The notes: generated by a model not told the origin, from the letters alone. Positions 20,513 to 31,586 are shown, counted from the first letter of the stretch. The stretch: DNA of 64,000 bases from an uncultured Candidatus Entotheonella sp. (GCA_965217185.1 OZ244252.1:832001-896000); one strand, 5' to 3'. A program made the numbers and translations.

Positions 20513-23165
20513 CCCTGTTGCCAATCCTCAACTCACACCCATGATGGAGCAGTATGCGCATTTGAAGGCCAAGGCCGGCGACGCGCTGCTCTTCTTTCGT
20601 ATGGGAGATTTTTACGAATTGTTTCACGACGACGCCATCATCGCCGCCAAAGCCCTCAACATCACGCTGACGTCACGCCAGAAACACCAAGATGAGCCGA
20701 TACCCATGTGTGGGGTTCCTTACCACAGCGCTGAAGGGTATCTGGATCGTTTGTTGCAGCAGGGATTGAAAGTCGCCGTTGCCGAACAGATTGAAGACCC
20801 CAGGCACGCCGAAGGCTTGGTGAAGCGCGACATTATTCGCATCATCACGCCGGGAACCATCGTTAGTACGAACTCGCTGGAGCCAAAGGTCCACAACTTT
20901 CTGGCCTGTATCGCAATTACAGTAGAGGGGGCCGGGTTCGCATTTGTCGATGTGTCCACTGGTACTTTCGCGGTTACTACATGGGCGTCCGAAGGCCTTT
21001 GGCAAGAGGCACTCAGAGGCGAATATGAGCGCGTGCAACCGAGAGAAGTTCTCATCCCGAAGCCCCTTGCGGTATCTGTCGATATCGTCGAACGTCCTTC
21101 GGATCATTTCCCCAATACGCTCCAACCGTGGGATTCGCAGCACTTCCGCGTAGACCGAGCCTACCGTCGCTTAACGCAGCACTTCTCCGTGCGCTCGCTG
21201 GAAGGCTTTGGATGCGAGGAGCAGCCACTCGCCATTGCGGCGGCCGGCGCCTTGTTGGCTTATGTTCACGAGACGCAGCAAAACAACATGGTGCACGTGC
21301 ATGGGCTGAATTATTACAACACGGGCGATTACATGGTGCTTGACAAGACCACGAGACAAAATTTGGACTTGTTGCCGTCGCCCGCCTCGCAGGGGCGCAA
21401 TGGATCCCTCTTGGAAGTCATTGACACCACGGTTACGGCTATGGGTGGGCGCCTCCTGCGTGAGTGGCTGTCGCAGCCCCTGTGCCGGTTGGAGCCCCTC
21501 CAAGAGCGACAGGATGCAGTTGCGAACATCGTCGAGCAATCCAATAGGAGGGCGCGCCTGCGTGACGCTCTGGGAGCGATCGCCGATCTTGAGCGGCTTA
21601 TGGGTCGGCTGTCGCTCGGCACGGTTAACCCACGCGAACTCGTGGCTTTACGTCGTTCTATTGAAAGACTTCCGGGTATTGAAAAGGCGTTGCAGGGTGC
21701 CGACAGCGCGCTTCTGGCCGATTTCGCGTCACGATGGGACTCCCTGGCCGACCTGGCCGTTCTGATCAAGGAGGCGCTTATTGATGATCCTCCGGCGACT
21801 TTACGGGACGGGTGGGTCATACGTTCGGATTACTGTCAGGAACTGCGAACCCTCCGGGAGGAGAGCACCTCGGGCAAAAATTGGCTGAGTGAATTTGAAG
21901 CACAAGAGCGCGAGCGCACGGGCATCTCTTCTTTGCGGGTCGGATTCAACAAGGTGTTCGGGTATTACATCGAGGTGCGCAAGACGTATCTGAGCCAGGT
22001 GCCGGATAACTACGTGCGCAAACAAACCCTGGTGAACGCCGAGCGTTTCATCGTACCGGCGCTGAAAGACCGTGAAGTGCGGATGCTGCGGGCGGCGGAA
22101 GAGGCCATCAGTCTGGAGCACCAACTGTACGATGTTTTGGTGAAACAACTGGTCGCCAACGCCAGCCGCTTGCAACAGATGGCGCAGATTGTAAGTCAGA
22201 TCGATGTGGTTGCCGCACTGGCCCACACAGCAACGATTCGACGGTACTGTCGCCCGACGCTTGATATGGGTGATGAATTGGCGATTGCGGAGGGCCGTCA
22301 CCCGGTTCTGGAGGTCGTATACCAGGAAGAGCGTTTCGTGCCTAATGACACCCTGCTAGACCGGGAGGATCAACAGATTCTGTTGCTGACGGGTCCGAAC
22401 ATGGCGGGAAAATCGACGTACATGCGTCAAGTGGCGTTGAATGTCGTGCTGGGCCAAATCGGCAGTTACGTGCCAGCGCGCAAGGCTCACATCGGCCTAG
22501 TTGACCGGATATTTACCCGTGTGGGGGCACAGGACGTATTGTCAAAAGGGCAGAGCACCTTCATGGTGGAAATGACCGAAACCGCCAACATCCTGCACAA
22601 CCTCACGGCTCGGAGTCTCATCTTGCTGGATGAAATTGGCAGGGGTACCAGCACCTATGACGGTATGAGCATCGCGTGGGCCGTCATTGAACACATCCAC
22701 AACCATCGTGACCTGCGTCCGCGAGCGCTTTTCGCCACGCATTACCATGAATTGACGAATCTGGCTGAGGGGCTTTCACGGTTGCATAATTTCAACGCTT
22801 TGGTTCAGGAAGAGGGAGAACAGATTGTCTTTCTGAGACACATCGTACCGGGAAGCGCTGATCGCAGCTATGGCATTCAGGTTGCTCGGTTGGCGGGACT
22901 CCCAGCTTCCGTCGTATGCCGGGCCAACCAATTATTGACACGCCTCGAATCGAGATCAGACTCCAGCGAATCCGCAGAGGATCACGCCCGCCCTCAGTCC
23001 GCCGCCATTCCCGCACAACAGCCCTATCGACAACCCTCACTTTTTGATGATTTTTCGACGCAACTGTTGGATGAACTGCGAACGACCGTCATAGACGAAT
23101 TGTCACCGCTGGAGGCTTTGAACAAGTTGGCGGAGTATCAACGCAGGGCTCGCCGTCTCCCATAG
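20478..23165 (+). CDS. mutS: DNA mismatch repair protein MutS
   Basis: Motifs TPMMEQY, FRMGDFYELF, TGPNMAGKSTYMRQ, STFMVEM and DEIGRGTST. Confidence 0.98.
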   Translation: MNTSGSSHPPHSPVANPQLTPMMEQYAHLKAKAGDALLFFRMGDFYELFHDDAIIAAKALNITLTSRQKHQDEPIPMCGVPYHSAEGYLDRLLQQGLKVAVAEQIEDPRHAEGLVKRDIIRIITPGTIVSTNSLEPKVHNFLACIAITVEGAGFAFVDVSTGTFAVTTWASEGLWQEALRGEYERVQPREVLIPKPLAVSVDIVERPSDHFPNTLQPWDSQHFRVDRAYRRLTQHFSVRSLEGFGCEEQPLAIAAAGALLAYVHETQQNNMVHVHGLNYYNTGDYMVLDKTTRQNLDLLPSPASQGRNGSLLEVIDTTVTAMGGRLLREWLSQPLCRLEPLQERQDAVANIVEQSNRRARLRDALGAIADLERLMGRLSLGTVNPRELVALRRSIERLPGIEKALQGADSALLADFASRWDSLADLAVLIKEALIDDPPATLRDGWVIRSDYCQELRTLREESTSGKNWLSEFEAQERERTGISSLRVGFNKVFGYYIEVRKTYLSQVPDNYVRKQTLVNAERFIVPALKDREVRMLRAAEEAISLEHQLYDVLVKQLVANASRLQQMAQIVSQIDVVAALAHTATIRRYCRPTLDMGDELAIAEGRHPVLEVVYQEERFVPNDTLLDREDQQILLLTGPNMAGKSTYMRQVALNVVLGQIGSYVPARKAHIGLVDRIFTRVGAQDVLSKGQSTFMVEMTETANILHNLTARSLILLDEIGRGTSTYDGMSIAWAVIEHIHNHRDLRPRALFATHYHELTNLAEGLSRLHNFNALVQEEGEQIVFLRHIVPGSADRSYGIQVARLAGLPASVVCRANQLLTRLESRSDSSESAEDHARPQSAAIPAQQPYRQPSLFDDFSTQLLDELRTTVIDELSPLEALNKLAEYQRRARRLP

Positions 23166-23697
23166 GCAAGGACGCATAAGGACTTCCGGTTTCTCTTGTA
23201 AGGAATTGTCTTGCCTTTTCCCCGGTGTCCGTTTAGTGTATGCACACAATGTTTCATAATGGCATCGAATTCCTGCCTTCATATCTCCCTGCAATCTATG
23301 TCTCTTAGACGAAAGAACCGAGGATCAAACAAGGCCTTGTATTGGTCACTGTTTGCGAGGGCGTGGGTTACGCGCTTGGTCAGGTGTGGGCTATTAGTCT
23401 TGGTTCTCGTAGTAGGACACAACTCTATTGCGTATCTTCGTGGTGTAGCTCCTATCTCTCCGTTGCCACGATGTTTCCCATCACGCTGTCTCTCACCGCA
23501 TTGATTACCTGGGTCGGATTAAGACCCGTAGATTGGATGGTTTTGGAGAAGCGTCGGAGAACTGTCGAATGGTGGGAAATGACTGAGGAGTTTCTGTACG
23601 ACATAAAGGAACGTTTTGAGTTCGCTTCAGCTTTCGGCTCGTATTGAATTGCCTATAGGCTCAACGAGGGCAGGGGACCTTTCTTGAGGCGAGGTGA

Positions 23698-24996
23698 ATG
23701 ACGGAAAGCGTACACATGGGAATACGTCGCGTCTTAATTGTGGATGACGACGCAAGCCTGTCGAGGGTATTAGCTGATGCACTTAAGGATGAGGGCTTTC
23801 AGGCAATTTGTAGCGTCGATGGACAGGAGGCTCTGAGGCTTGTCCACAGTTTCCACCCGGACGTGATGCTCCTTGACATCTGGCTGCCCAGCATGAACGG
23901 CATCGAAATCCTGCAAGCATTGCAGAGTACGGATGTTGCGTGCCCTGTCATCATGTTGTCAGGCTATGGCACGATTGCCATGGCCGTGAAGGCGATTCAA
24001 CTCGGGGCTTTCGATTACATTGAAAAGCCTTGTTCGCTCGATAGGCTGGTAGATAGCATTAAGCGAGCCTGCCCGCCACGCGATGTCGCAGCCATTTCCC
24101 GGTCGTCTTCCGTGACCTCTTCGCTATTGACGGACCACACCCGCTCAGTCTCACCATTTTCGGTGCACCGTCCACAGCGCACGTTGGGATGCAGTGTGGT
24201 CGGTTATGGGTTAGGGCTGCAATCCGGTGTTAAGACGGGCATTATTCTTGAGCCGATGCTGCCCGACAGCGGCATTGTCTTCAGGAACATTGCAACAGGT
24301 GAGACGTTGCCGGCCGCTATTGATTTCGTTACGTCCACCAACTTTTGCACGACGTTGCACCAAAAGGGTGTCACGGTCAGAACAATCGAGCATCTCATGT
24401 CGGCCTTGCACGCTTATGGCATTACCAATTTATTGGTCCAAGTTGGCGACGAAGTGCCCATTATGGACGGTTCAGCCACTTCCTTCTGTCAACTTATCGA
24501 GGAAGGGGGCGTTGTCGAGCAGGGGGGTGAACTGGAGGAATTCGTTGTGGACCGTTGTTATCACGTGGGCCAAATCGACCCGGCATCCAAATTCATTCTG
24601 GTTGAGCCTTACGATGGATTTAAGGTCTCCTACCGATTGCATTACCCCCAGCCGTTAGGCGTTCAAGAGTTCACGTATGAACACCGGAACGGGGCGAGTT
24701 ATCGCCTTGAGATTGCCCCGGCGCGCACATTTGCGTTTGTGCACGAGGTGGAAAAGATGCACGAGATGGGATTAATCGCCGGCGGGCGCCTGAATAATGT
24801 CATTTTGCTGGGCGACAAAAAAATCGTAAACAACGTGGAGTTGCGGTTTCCCGATGAATGTGTCCGGCATAAGGTACTCGACCTCATTGGAGATTTGTAC
24901 CTGCTTGGCAAAAGTTTGCGCGGGCACGTGCAGGCGAATATGACCGGGCACACGGAAAACGTGGCTCTGGTGAAACAGCTTTCCGATGCCCTGTGA
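23698..24996 (+). CDS. lpxC: Response-regulator receiver domain fused to UDP-3-O-acyl-N-acetylglucosamine deacetylase
   Basis: Receiver motifs VLIVDDD, LLDIWLP, MLSG and AFDYIEKP. LpxC motifs QRTL, TIEHLMSAL, EVPIMDGSA, IAPARTF, RHKVLDLIGDLYL and GHTEN. One uninterrupted ORF. Confidence 0.92.
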   Translation: MTESVHMGIRRVLIVDDDASLSRVLADALKDEGFQAICSVDGQEALRLVHSFHPDVMLLDIWLPSMNGIEILQALQSTDVACPVIMLSGYGTIAMAVKAIQLGAFDYIEKPCSLDRLVDSIKRACPPRDVAAISRSSSVTSSLLTDHTRSVSPFSVHRPQRTLGCSVVGYGLGLQSGVKTGIILEPMLPDSGIVFRNIATGETLPAAIDFVTSTNFCTTLHQKGVTVRTIEHLMSALHAYGITNLLVQVGDEVPIMDGSATSFCQLIEEGGVVEQGGELEEFVVDRCYHVGQIDPASKFILVEPYDGFKVSYRLHYPQPLGVQEFTYEHRNGASYRLEIAPARTFAFVHEVEKMHEMGLIAGGRLNNVILLGDKKIVNNVELRFPDECVRHKVLDLIGDLYLLGKSLRGHVQANMTGHTENVALVKQLSDAL

Positions 24997-25027
24997 GTTG
25001 CCGGTGGCCGCCTGAGGAGAGTGCCAT

Positions 25028-25744
25028 TTGAAGGTAAGGTGCAGCGATTGGCGACATAAACAGATCAGGCAGTTACGTCTACCGATCATTGGTCTATTGG
25101 GCGTATTCATCGGCATCGTGGGGCTCATCGGCGACAGCAGTGCCCTGGAACTTGATACGTTGGTTGACAGGATTCAGGTTACTTATGACCTCATGCAAGC
25201 CTTGACTGCTAATTTTGAGCAAGTTGCGACTCTCAAATCGATCAACCGGCAACAGTTTTCGTCGGGTCGCCTGTATATTGAGAAACCTCACTGGATTCGT
25301 TGGGAATATGACAAGCCGGAAAGGCAGACCATCCTTTATGACGGTTCGGCCTTGCGCATTTACACGCCCAAGCGGCAGCAACTCTTGCAAAGTGCCGTCG
25401 ATGAGAACACCCGTTCCAATGTTGCCTTTCTCTTTCTTGCCGGAGTCGTTAAGCTCCGCGATGTTTTCGCCATAACGGCCCTGCCCGAAACCGAGACGGG
25501 GCAGATGCTGATCCGCTTGTTGCCGCGTTCGCGTTTGGCTGGTTTCACTGAGTTGCGTGCGGCAATTAACCCGCGGAATTATTTTATAGAAGGTCTATGG
25601 ATCCATGACCCGATTGGGAACCTTACTGAAATCCGTCTTTCAACGATCACCGTTCACGCAACTTTACCTGCACATACCTTCGAACTTGATCTGCCTCCAG
25701 ATACGGAAATACTCAGCCCCAGCGACTTCGCAACCCCCCAGTGA
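25028..25744 (+). CDS. lolA: Outer-membrane lipoprotein carrier LolA (start uncertain)
   Basis: Signal-like hydrophobic segment and ANFEQ...GRLYIEKPHWIRWEYDKPERQTILYDG. Confidence 0.85.
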   Translation: MKVRCSDWRHKQIRQLRLPIIGLLGVFIGIVGLIGDSSALELDTLVDRIQVTYDLMQALTANFEQVATLKSINRQQFSSGRLYIEKPHWIRWEYDKPERQTILYDGSALRIYTPKRQQLLQSAVDENTRSNVAFLFLAGVVKLRDVFAITALPETETGQMLIRLLPRSRLAGFTELRAAINPRNYFIEGLWIHDPIGNLTEIRLSTITVHATLPAHTFELDLPPDTEILSPSDFATPQ

Positions 25745-25864
25745 TGGATGAGCATCCGGCTTCGGCGGATTTGTCGAGATAAATCCATCCGAGCGGACAG
25801 GCCTTGGCATGGCAGGACGCGGCGCGCAACTTGACCGCGGGGTTTTTCGTAAAGGGACAATGCG

Positions 25865-26935
25865 ATGGAACCGACACTGGCAGTTTTAATCTTTACGGCA
25901 TTGCGATTCCTTGCGGTGCTTGGAGCCCTCATCGCCGTGCATGAGTTCGGTCATTTCATCGTGGCCAAGAAATCCGGCGTGCTTGTCGAACGATTTTCCA
26001 TTGGATTTGGGCCGCCCATCTGGCGCAAGAAATGGGGTGACACGGAATACCGACTTTCGGTAATTCCGTTGGGTGGCTACGTCAAGATGTACGGAGAGGA
26101 CTTGGATGCCGAAATCAAGGAGAGCGAACGCGAGGGGTCGTTTCAACATCAATCGGTGTGGAAACGGATTCCGATTGTAGCGGCAGGTCCGGCATTCAAC
26201 ATTTTCTTTGCGATTGCTCTCATCGCCTGCGTCCAAGTGGTTGGCTACCCGGTGGAGCAATCGGTACATATCGGCCGCATACTCGATGGTTCGGCGGCGG
26301 CCGAGGCTGGATTGCAAGCGGACGACGAAGTAATCAGCCTGAATGGCCAAGGCATCAAGCGAATTGAAGAGATCAAGCAACAAATCGTGGGAAGCAGGGG
26401 TAGCACGCTTTCCATGCAAATTACCCGAGATGGGCAGGAGCAAAGTCTTCTCATAACCCCGCGCAAGGTTCAGGAGGCTGACGAATGGCGTATTGGTGTG
26501 GAATTGCGTCCTGGTGATTTCGTCTTGCAGCGTACCGATCCGTTTTCGGCGCTCGTTCGCGGCTGCGTTTGGACTTGGCGGATAACGCAACTGACGTTCA
26601 CAGGCTTCGGACAGATCATCTCCGGTGCCATCCCGGTTTCGGAAAGCCTCGCAGGCCCGCTCGGTATTGCGCAGGAAATTAACCGACAGGCCGACAATGG
26701 TTGGCGTAATGTCGTCTTTCTGACCGCTGCCATCAGCGTAAGTTTGGCTATTTTGAATCTTCTTCCTATTCCTGTCCTTGATGGTGGTCACTTGCTCTTT
26801 TTCGTAATCGAGATCGTGCAAGGCGGGCCTCTCAGCATGCGCAAACGGGAGATTGCTCACCAAATGGGGCTGGTGATATTGGTATGCCTGATGCTCTTTG
26901 CTTTTTACAACGACCTCATGCGTTTGTTCTCCTGA
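25865..26935 (+). CDS. rseP: RIP metalloprotease RseP
   Basis: Motifs HEFGHF, FSIGFG, PLGGYVKM and NLLPIPVLDGGH, with a PDZ domain. Confidence 0.96.
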   Translation: MEPTLAVLIFTALRFLAVLGALIAVHEFGHFIVAKKSGVLVERFSIGFGPPIWRKKWGDTEYRLSVIPLGGYVKMYGEDLDAEIKESEREGSFQHQSVWKRIPIVAAGPAFNIFFAIALIACVQVVGYPVEQSVHIGRILDGSAAAEAGLQADDEVISLNGQGIKRIEEIKQQIVGSRGSTLSMQITRDGQEQSLLITPRKVQEADEWRIGVELRPGDFVLQRTDPFSALVRGCVWTWRITQLTFTGFGQIISGAIPVSESLAGPLGIAQEINRQADNGWRNVVFLTAAISVSLAILNLLPIPVLDGGHLLFFVIEIVQGGPLSMRKREIAHQMGLVILVCLMLFAFYNDLMRLFS

Positions 26936-27080
26936 TGTTGTCGTTGTCGGATGCATGCGAATTCGCAGGCATCTTTCGACGGAGCGGACTTTTCTCTTGC
27001 AGTAGAATAAGGCATTTGCCATACTCACCAACCACCTTTTCAATATCTTAGACAGCATATCCTCCTACAGCATCACCTTA

Positions 27081-27557
27081 ATGAGCCCCATGCAACGCGA
27101 AACATTGTCCCAACACGTTAGTGAAGCTATAAAATCTTTCCTCGATGCCCAAGGTGTCGAGTTTGTTGAATTGCAACTTCAACAACATAAGGGCCGATGG
27201 TTGGTACGAGTCTTCGTGGATAATAATGGTGGCATATCATTGGAAGAATGCCGCAATCTAAGTTTTGAGATCGGTCAGTTGTTGGATGCAGAGAACCTGA
27301 TCCCGGCATCATATGTTCTCGAAGTATCTTCGCCCGGTTTAGACAGGCCCTTGAAAAACCTGCGGGATTTCCAGCGTCAATGCCAGCGTATGGTGACGGT
27401 ATTCTTACATTCTCCATATCTGGATAAGGCTCAGTACACTGGCCGGGTGGCCGCAGTAACGGAATCGCATCTCTTTCTGCACAGCGACACCGAAACGCCG
27501 ATCGCGATTCCATTTCAATCTATCGACCATGGGGCCGTCGAATTGGAGTTCAAATAA
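27081..27557 (+). CDS. rimP: Ribosome maturation factor RimP
   Basis: GGISLEEC and YVLEVSSPGLDRPL; lies upstream of nusA. Confidence 0.95.
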   Translation: MSPMQRETLSQHVSEAIKSFLDAQGVEFVELQLQQHKGRWLVRVFVDNNGGISLEECRNLSFEIGQLLDAENLIPASYVLEVSSPGLDRPLKNLRDFQRQCQRMVTVFLHSPYLDKAQYTGRVAAVTESHLFLHSDTETPIAIPFQSIDHGAVELEFK

Positions 27558-27623
27558 GCGTGTCCGGATCTGAACGGGTCTCATGCGAAGTGCAGCCTGA
27601 TACCTAGGAGGAATGCATAGCTT

Positions 27624-28805
27624 GTGAATGCAGAACTGTTACGTCTCGTTGAGCAGATCAGCCGCGAAAAGGGAATAGAGAAAGAGACCTTGGTCGAGGC
27701 GATCGTCTTGGCCGTCCTGTCAGCCGGTCGTAAACGCTTCGGCACGGCTGACAACATGGGCGTGCGCCTGGATGAGGAAACGGGCGCCATTACCCTGTAC
27801 TTTGAGAGAAAAGTCGTTCCAGCGCCGGATGTTTCTGATGACACGCTTGAGATCAGCCTTGAAGACGCTAGAGAGATATATCCAGACGCGAACTTGGATG
27901 AAACCGTTGAAGTCCCGCACGAACTTGAAGATTTTGGCCGCATCGCAGCACAGACAGCAAAACAGGTGATTATTCAGAAAGTCCGTGAAGCCGAACGGGA
28001 TATGGTCTATCGCGAGTTCAAGCATCGTCAGGGCGACTTGGTGAATGGGATCGTCACGCGGGTTGAGCGAGAGGGTAACTTGATGGTTGACCTCGGCAAG
28101 ACGGAGGCTCTTTTGCCGCGCCGCGAACAATCTTTTCGTGAAGTCTTCAAGCGAGGTGATCGAATCCGGGCGCATATCATTGAGGTCAAACGCTCTTCAA
28201 GCGGGCCTCAGGTCATCCTTTCCCGTACGCATCCTGTTTTCCTGATGCGCCTGTTTGAGATGGAAGTGCCAGAAATTTACGAAGGAATCATTGAGATCAA
28301 GGCTGCCGCGAGGGATGCCAGCGGCCGAGCAAAGATCGCCGTCATGTCTCACGATAAGGACATTGACCCTATCGGCGCCTGCGTAGGTATGCGGGGCATG
28401 CGGGTACAGTCTGTCGTGCAAGAACTGCGGGGGGAAAAGATCGATATCGTGCAATGGACAGAAGACGCCGTACAATTCGTGCACAATGCTCTCAGCCCCG
28501 CCAAGGCGGTACGGATAGAGGCGGACGAAACTGAGAAAACAATGCAGGTCCTCGTTGCGGAAGATCAATTATCTCTGGCCATCGGCAAGCGCGGTCAAAA
28601 CGTTCGTTTGGCAGCAAAGCTCACACAATGGAAAATTGATATCAGGAATGCTCAGGAGGCTGAAGCGGACAGCGAGCGCCAGGAAGCTTTGCGCCTTGCG
28701 GAAAGCGTCTTTCAGCCTGCCAAGGCTATGGACAAAGAAGATGCTTCGGCGGCAGAGGAACAGGCAGAAGCCTCACCCGCAGACACGTTGTCTCCTGAGT
28801 GTTGA
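27624..28805 (+). CDS. nusA: Transcription termination/antitermination factor NusA
   Basis: Motifs FGRIAAQTAKQVIIQK, DPIGACVGMRG and LSLAIGKRGQNVRLA. Confidence 0.98.
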   Translation: MNAELLRLVEQISREKGIEKETLVEAIVLAVLSAGRKRFGTADNMGVRLDEETGAITLYFERKVVPAPDVSDDTLEISLEDAREIYPDANLDETVEVPHELEDFGRIAAQTAKQVIIQKVREAERDMVYREFKHRQGDLVNGIVTRVEREGNLMVDLGKTEALLPRREQSFREVFKRGDRIRAHIIEVKRSSSGPQVILSRTHPVFLMRLFEMEVPEIYEGIIEIKAAARDASGRAKIAVMSHDKDIDPIGACVGMRGMRVQSVVQELRGEKIDIVQWTEDAVQFVHNALSPAKAVRIEADETEKTMQVLVAEDQLSLAIGKRGQNVRLAAKLTQWKIDIRNAQEAEADSERQEALRLAESVFQPAKAMDKEDASAAEEQAEASPADTLSPEC

Positions 28806-28904
28806 GGAAGAACACTCAAAGCCGTATGACGAATCAGAGGCACGGCGTGCCGTGCATATAAGATGAGATCGATCAGACGGTTTCTGATCATGGCATGAGG
28901 GCGT

Positions 28905-29519
28905 ATGCCTCCAGAACGCACCTGTATCGGATGCAAAGCCAAGCGAGGCCAAACCGAATTGCTTCGCCTTGTATGTGCTGCTAGCGGCGAAGTGGTGTTT
29001 GACCACACAGGACGTGCACCGGGGAGAGGGGCTTACGTCTGCTGTGATGCGCGGTGCTTTCGTAAGGCCCTCAAGTCCTCACGGCTGACTTCCGTGTTCC
29101 AGCGGGCCGTTGTCGTGCCGACGCTTGACGCTGCATGTGGAACAATCCTGTCATCTCTCTATGACCGTCTCGGTGCCTGCCTCAGTATTGCGCAAAGAGC
29201 CGGTGGGTTGGTTTCTGGCTACATGTCGTTGCGTCAGGCGTGCAGCCGGAATCGGGTCGTTTACATGGTATTGGCGGAAAATGCCGCTGCTCAGCGTGCT
29301 GAGGAATATCGTGTGTGGTGTGCGGAGCAGGAAATTTCCTACATTACACTGTTTACGAAAGAGGAATTGGGGCGGCGCATCGGTAAGGCGAGCCGAAGTG
29401 CGGTCGGTTTGCTGAATCCACATTTCCGCATTCCTTTTTGCGCGACGCTGACCTTATTGCAGACATTCGAGGCGTCACTGGATTTTCTTGAAGTTAAGGG
29501 TGACGTTTGCCGCAATTGA
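28905..29519 (+). CDS. YlxR (DUF448) fused to an L7Ae/YlxQ-like domain
   Basis: N-terminal PERTCIGC...GRGAYVC and C-terminal LSIAQRAGGLVSG...KEELGRRIGK; lies between nusA and infB. Confidence 0.85.
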   Translation: MPPERTCIGCKAKRGQTELLRLVCAASGEVVFDHTGRAPGRGAYVCCDARCFRKALKSSRLTSVFQRAVVVPTLDAACGTILSSLYDRLGACLSIAQRAGGLVSGYMSLRQACSRNRVVYMVLAENAAAQRAEEYRVWCAEQEISYITLFTKEELGRRIGKASRSAVGLLNPHFRIPFCATLTLLQTFEASLDFLEVKGDVCRN

Positions 29520-29567
29520 AACAGGCGGCTTAAGGATAGAAGGTTTTCCATTGCGGGGGGGATATGC

Positions 29568-31586
29568 ATGTCGAGTGTAAGAGTCTACGAATTAGCACGG
29601 AATTTGGGCATTCCAAGTAAGGATTTTGTTGAAGAACTGCGCTCCCAGGGTATTGAAGTCAAAAGCCATATGAGCGGTCTCGACGAGGAGACAGCCGGCC
29701 TTGTCTCTGAGTTGTACCGTGAACGAGAAACGTCTGACGAGTCAGACGCTTCTCCTGCCAGTGATGACTTGAACGCGGAGATCGAGGCCCCGTCATCGCT
29801 TCCCGCAACGCCCAAGCCGGCGGAGCCGGACGGAACAACTGTCGTAAGGGTGCCTGAAGCCTTAACCGTGAAGGATTTGGTCGATATTGCCCAGGTCAAG
29901 GCGAAAGACGTATTCATGCAGCTGATGAGCTTCGGAACGCTTCCTTCCATCAACACAGTTATCGACATCGATATTGCCAACAACGTCTTACAGAATATGG
30001 GTAAAAATATCACGCTTGTTTCGGAGCAGGAGGAAGCGGTTGAATCCGCGGGCGACCCTTCTGCATCGGAAGCCTTGGAGCCGCGTGCGCCTGTCGTAAC
30101 GATTATGGGACACGTTGACCACGGCAAGACCTCACTACTCGACGCCATTCGGGCGGCAAATATCCAGGCCACCGAGGCTGGCGGCATCACGCAGCATATC
30201 GGCGCCTACGAGGTTGAGACGGACAAAGGCAAGATTGTCTTCCTGGACACCCCAGGCCATGAAGCCTTCACGGCCATGCGCGCACGCGGCGCTCAAATTA
30301 CCGACATTGTTGTGCTGGTGGTGGCGGCGAATGATGGCGTGATGCCGCAGACACGGGAGGCCGTTGCACATGCCCAGGCGGCGAACGTACCTATTGTTGT
30401 TGCGATTAACAAGATTGATCTGGAGGACGCAAATCCGGATCGTATCAAGCAACAACTCACCGAATTGGATTTGGTTCCCGAGGAGTGGGGCGGTCACACG
30501 ATTTTTGTGGAAGTTTCCGCCAAGCAGAAATATGGATTGGATGACCTGCAGGAAATGATTTTGCTCCAAGCCGAGCTACTGGAATTGAGTGCCGATCCCC
30601 ATCAGATGGCAAAGGGAACGATCATTGAGGCTAGGCTTGACAAGACGCAGGGGCCTGTTGCGACCGTGCTGATTCAAAAGGGTACCTTAGGGGTCAGCGA
30701 AGCTTATGTTGCTGGTAATCACTACGGCCGTGTTCGGGCGATGAAAGATGATCTGGGGCGGAAGATTAAGAAGGCCGGTCCTTCAACGCCCGTGGAAGTA
30801 CTGGGTTTTGCCGCCGTGCCGTCCGCCGGCGACGCTTTCACGGTCGTTGAAGATGAACGGCGGGCACGTCAGATAAGTAGTGTGAGGCAGGAGAAGCAGC
30901 GCACAAAACAGCTTTCCCAAAGCAGCAGGGTGACGCTGGACGATCTGTATCGCCGTATCTCGGCCGGTGAAGTCAAAGATCTGAATTTGGTGATCAAGGG
31001 CGATGTTCATGGCTCCATACAGGCTCTGTGGGATTCACTCGCCAAGCTGGAGAGCGAGAAGGTCCGGTTGCGTTTGATCCACGGTTCGACAGGCGGTATT
31101 ACGGAGTCAGATGTCATGCTCGCGTCAGCCTCGAATGCCATCGTAATCGGCTTCAACGTTCGTCCGATACCAAAGGCTGCGGAACTAGCTGAACACGAGC
31201 AAGTCGATGTTCGTCTCTATAGGGTTATCTATGAGGCGATTTCCGATGTTGAGAAGGCGATGCTCGGATTGTTGGCTCCCACGTACAAGGAAAAAACGCT
31301 CGGACGCGCGGAGGTCCGGGCGATCTTCCGCATCACGCGTGTAGGGGCGGTGGCGGGATGCTACGTGCAGGAGGGCGTCATGCGGCGTAACGCGATGGCG
31401 CGTATTATCCGGGATAGTGTGGTGATCCATGAAGGACGGATAGCCTCGCTTCGCCGCGTCAAGGACGATATCGAGGAGGTCCCGGTGGGTTTCGAATGCG
31501 GTGTCGGTTTGGGGCGCTATCAGGACATCAAGGAGGGCGACACGATTGAGTCCTTTATGTTCGAGGAGATTGCGCCGCACCTCTAA
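29568..31586 (+). CDS. infB: Translation initiation factor IF-2
   Basis: Motifs [30 protein letters not shown] and [15 protein letters not shown]. Confidence 0.98.
   Translation: MSSVRVYELARNLGIPSKDFVEELRSQGIEVKSHMSGLDEETAGLVSELYRERETSDESDASPASDDLNAEIEAPSSLPATPKPAEPDGTTVVRVPEALTVKDLVDIAQVKAKDVFMQLMSFGTLPSINTVIDIDIANNVLQNMGKNITLVSEQEEAVESAGDPSASEALEPRAPVVTIMGHVDHGKTSLLDAIRAANIQATEAGGITQHIGAYEVETDKGKIVFLDTPGHEAFTAMRARGAQITDIVVLVVAANDGVMPQTREAVAHAQAANVPIVVAINKIDLEDANPDRIKQQLTELDLVPEEWGGHTIFVEVSAKQKYGLDDLQEMILLQAELLELSADPHQMAKGTIIEARLDKTQGPVATVLIQKGTLGVSEAYVAGNHYGRVRAMKDDLGRKIKKAGPSTPVEVLGFAAVPSAGDAFTVVEDERRARQISSVRQEKQRTKQLSQSSRVTLDDLYRRISAGEVKDLNLVIKGDVHGSIQALWDSLAKLESEKVRLRLIHGSTGGITESDVMLASASNAIVIGFNVRPIPKAAELAEHEQVDVRLYRVIYEAISDVEKAMLGLLAPTYKEKTLGRAEVRAIFRITRVGAVAGCYVQEGVMRRNAMARIIRDSVVIHEGRIASLRRVKDDIEEVPVGFECGVGLGRYQDIKEGDTIESFMFEEIAPHL

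Noticed and set aside
23260..23276. Sigma54 promoter TGGCATCGAATTCCTGC upstream of lpxC
   Set aside because: The GG-to-GC spacing is 12 nt instead of the required 10.
25743..25790. Nested hairpins between lolA and rseP (REP-like)
   Set aside because: Single occurrence in the window with no U-tract and no second copy.
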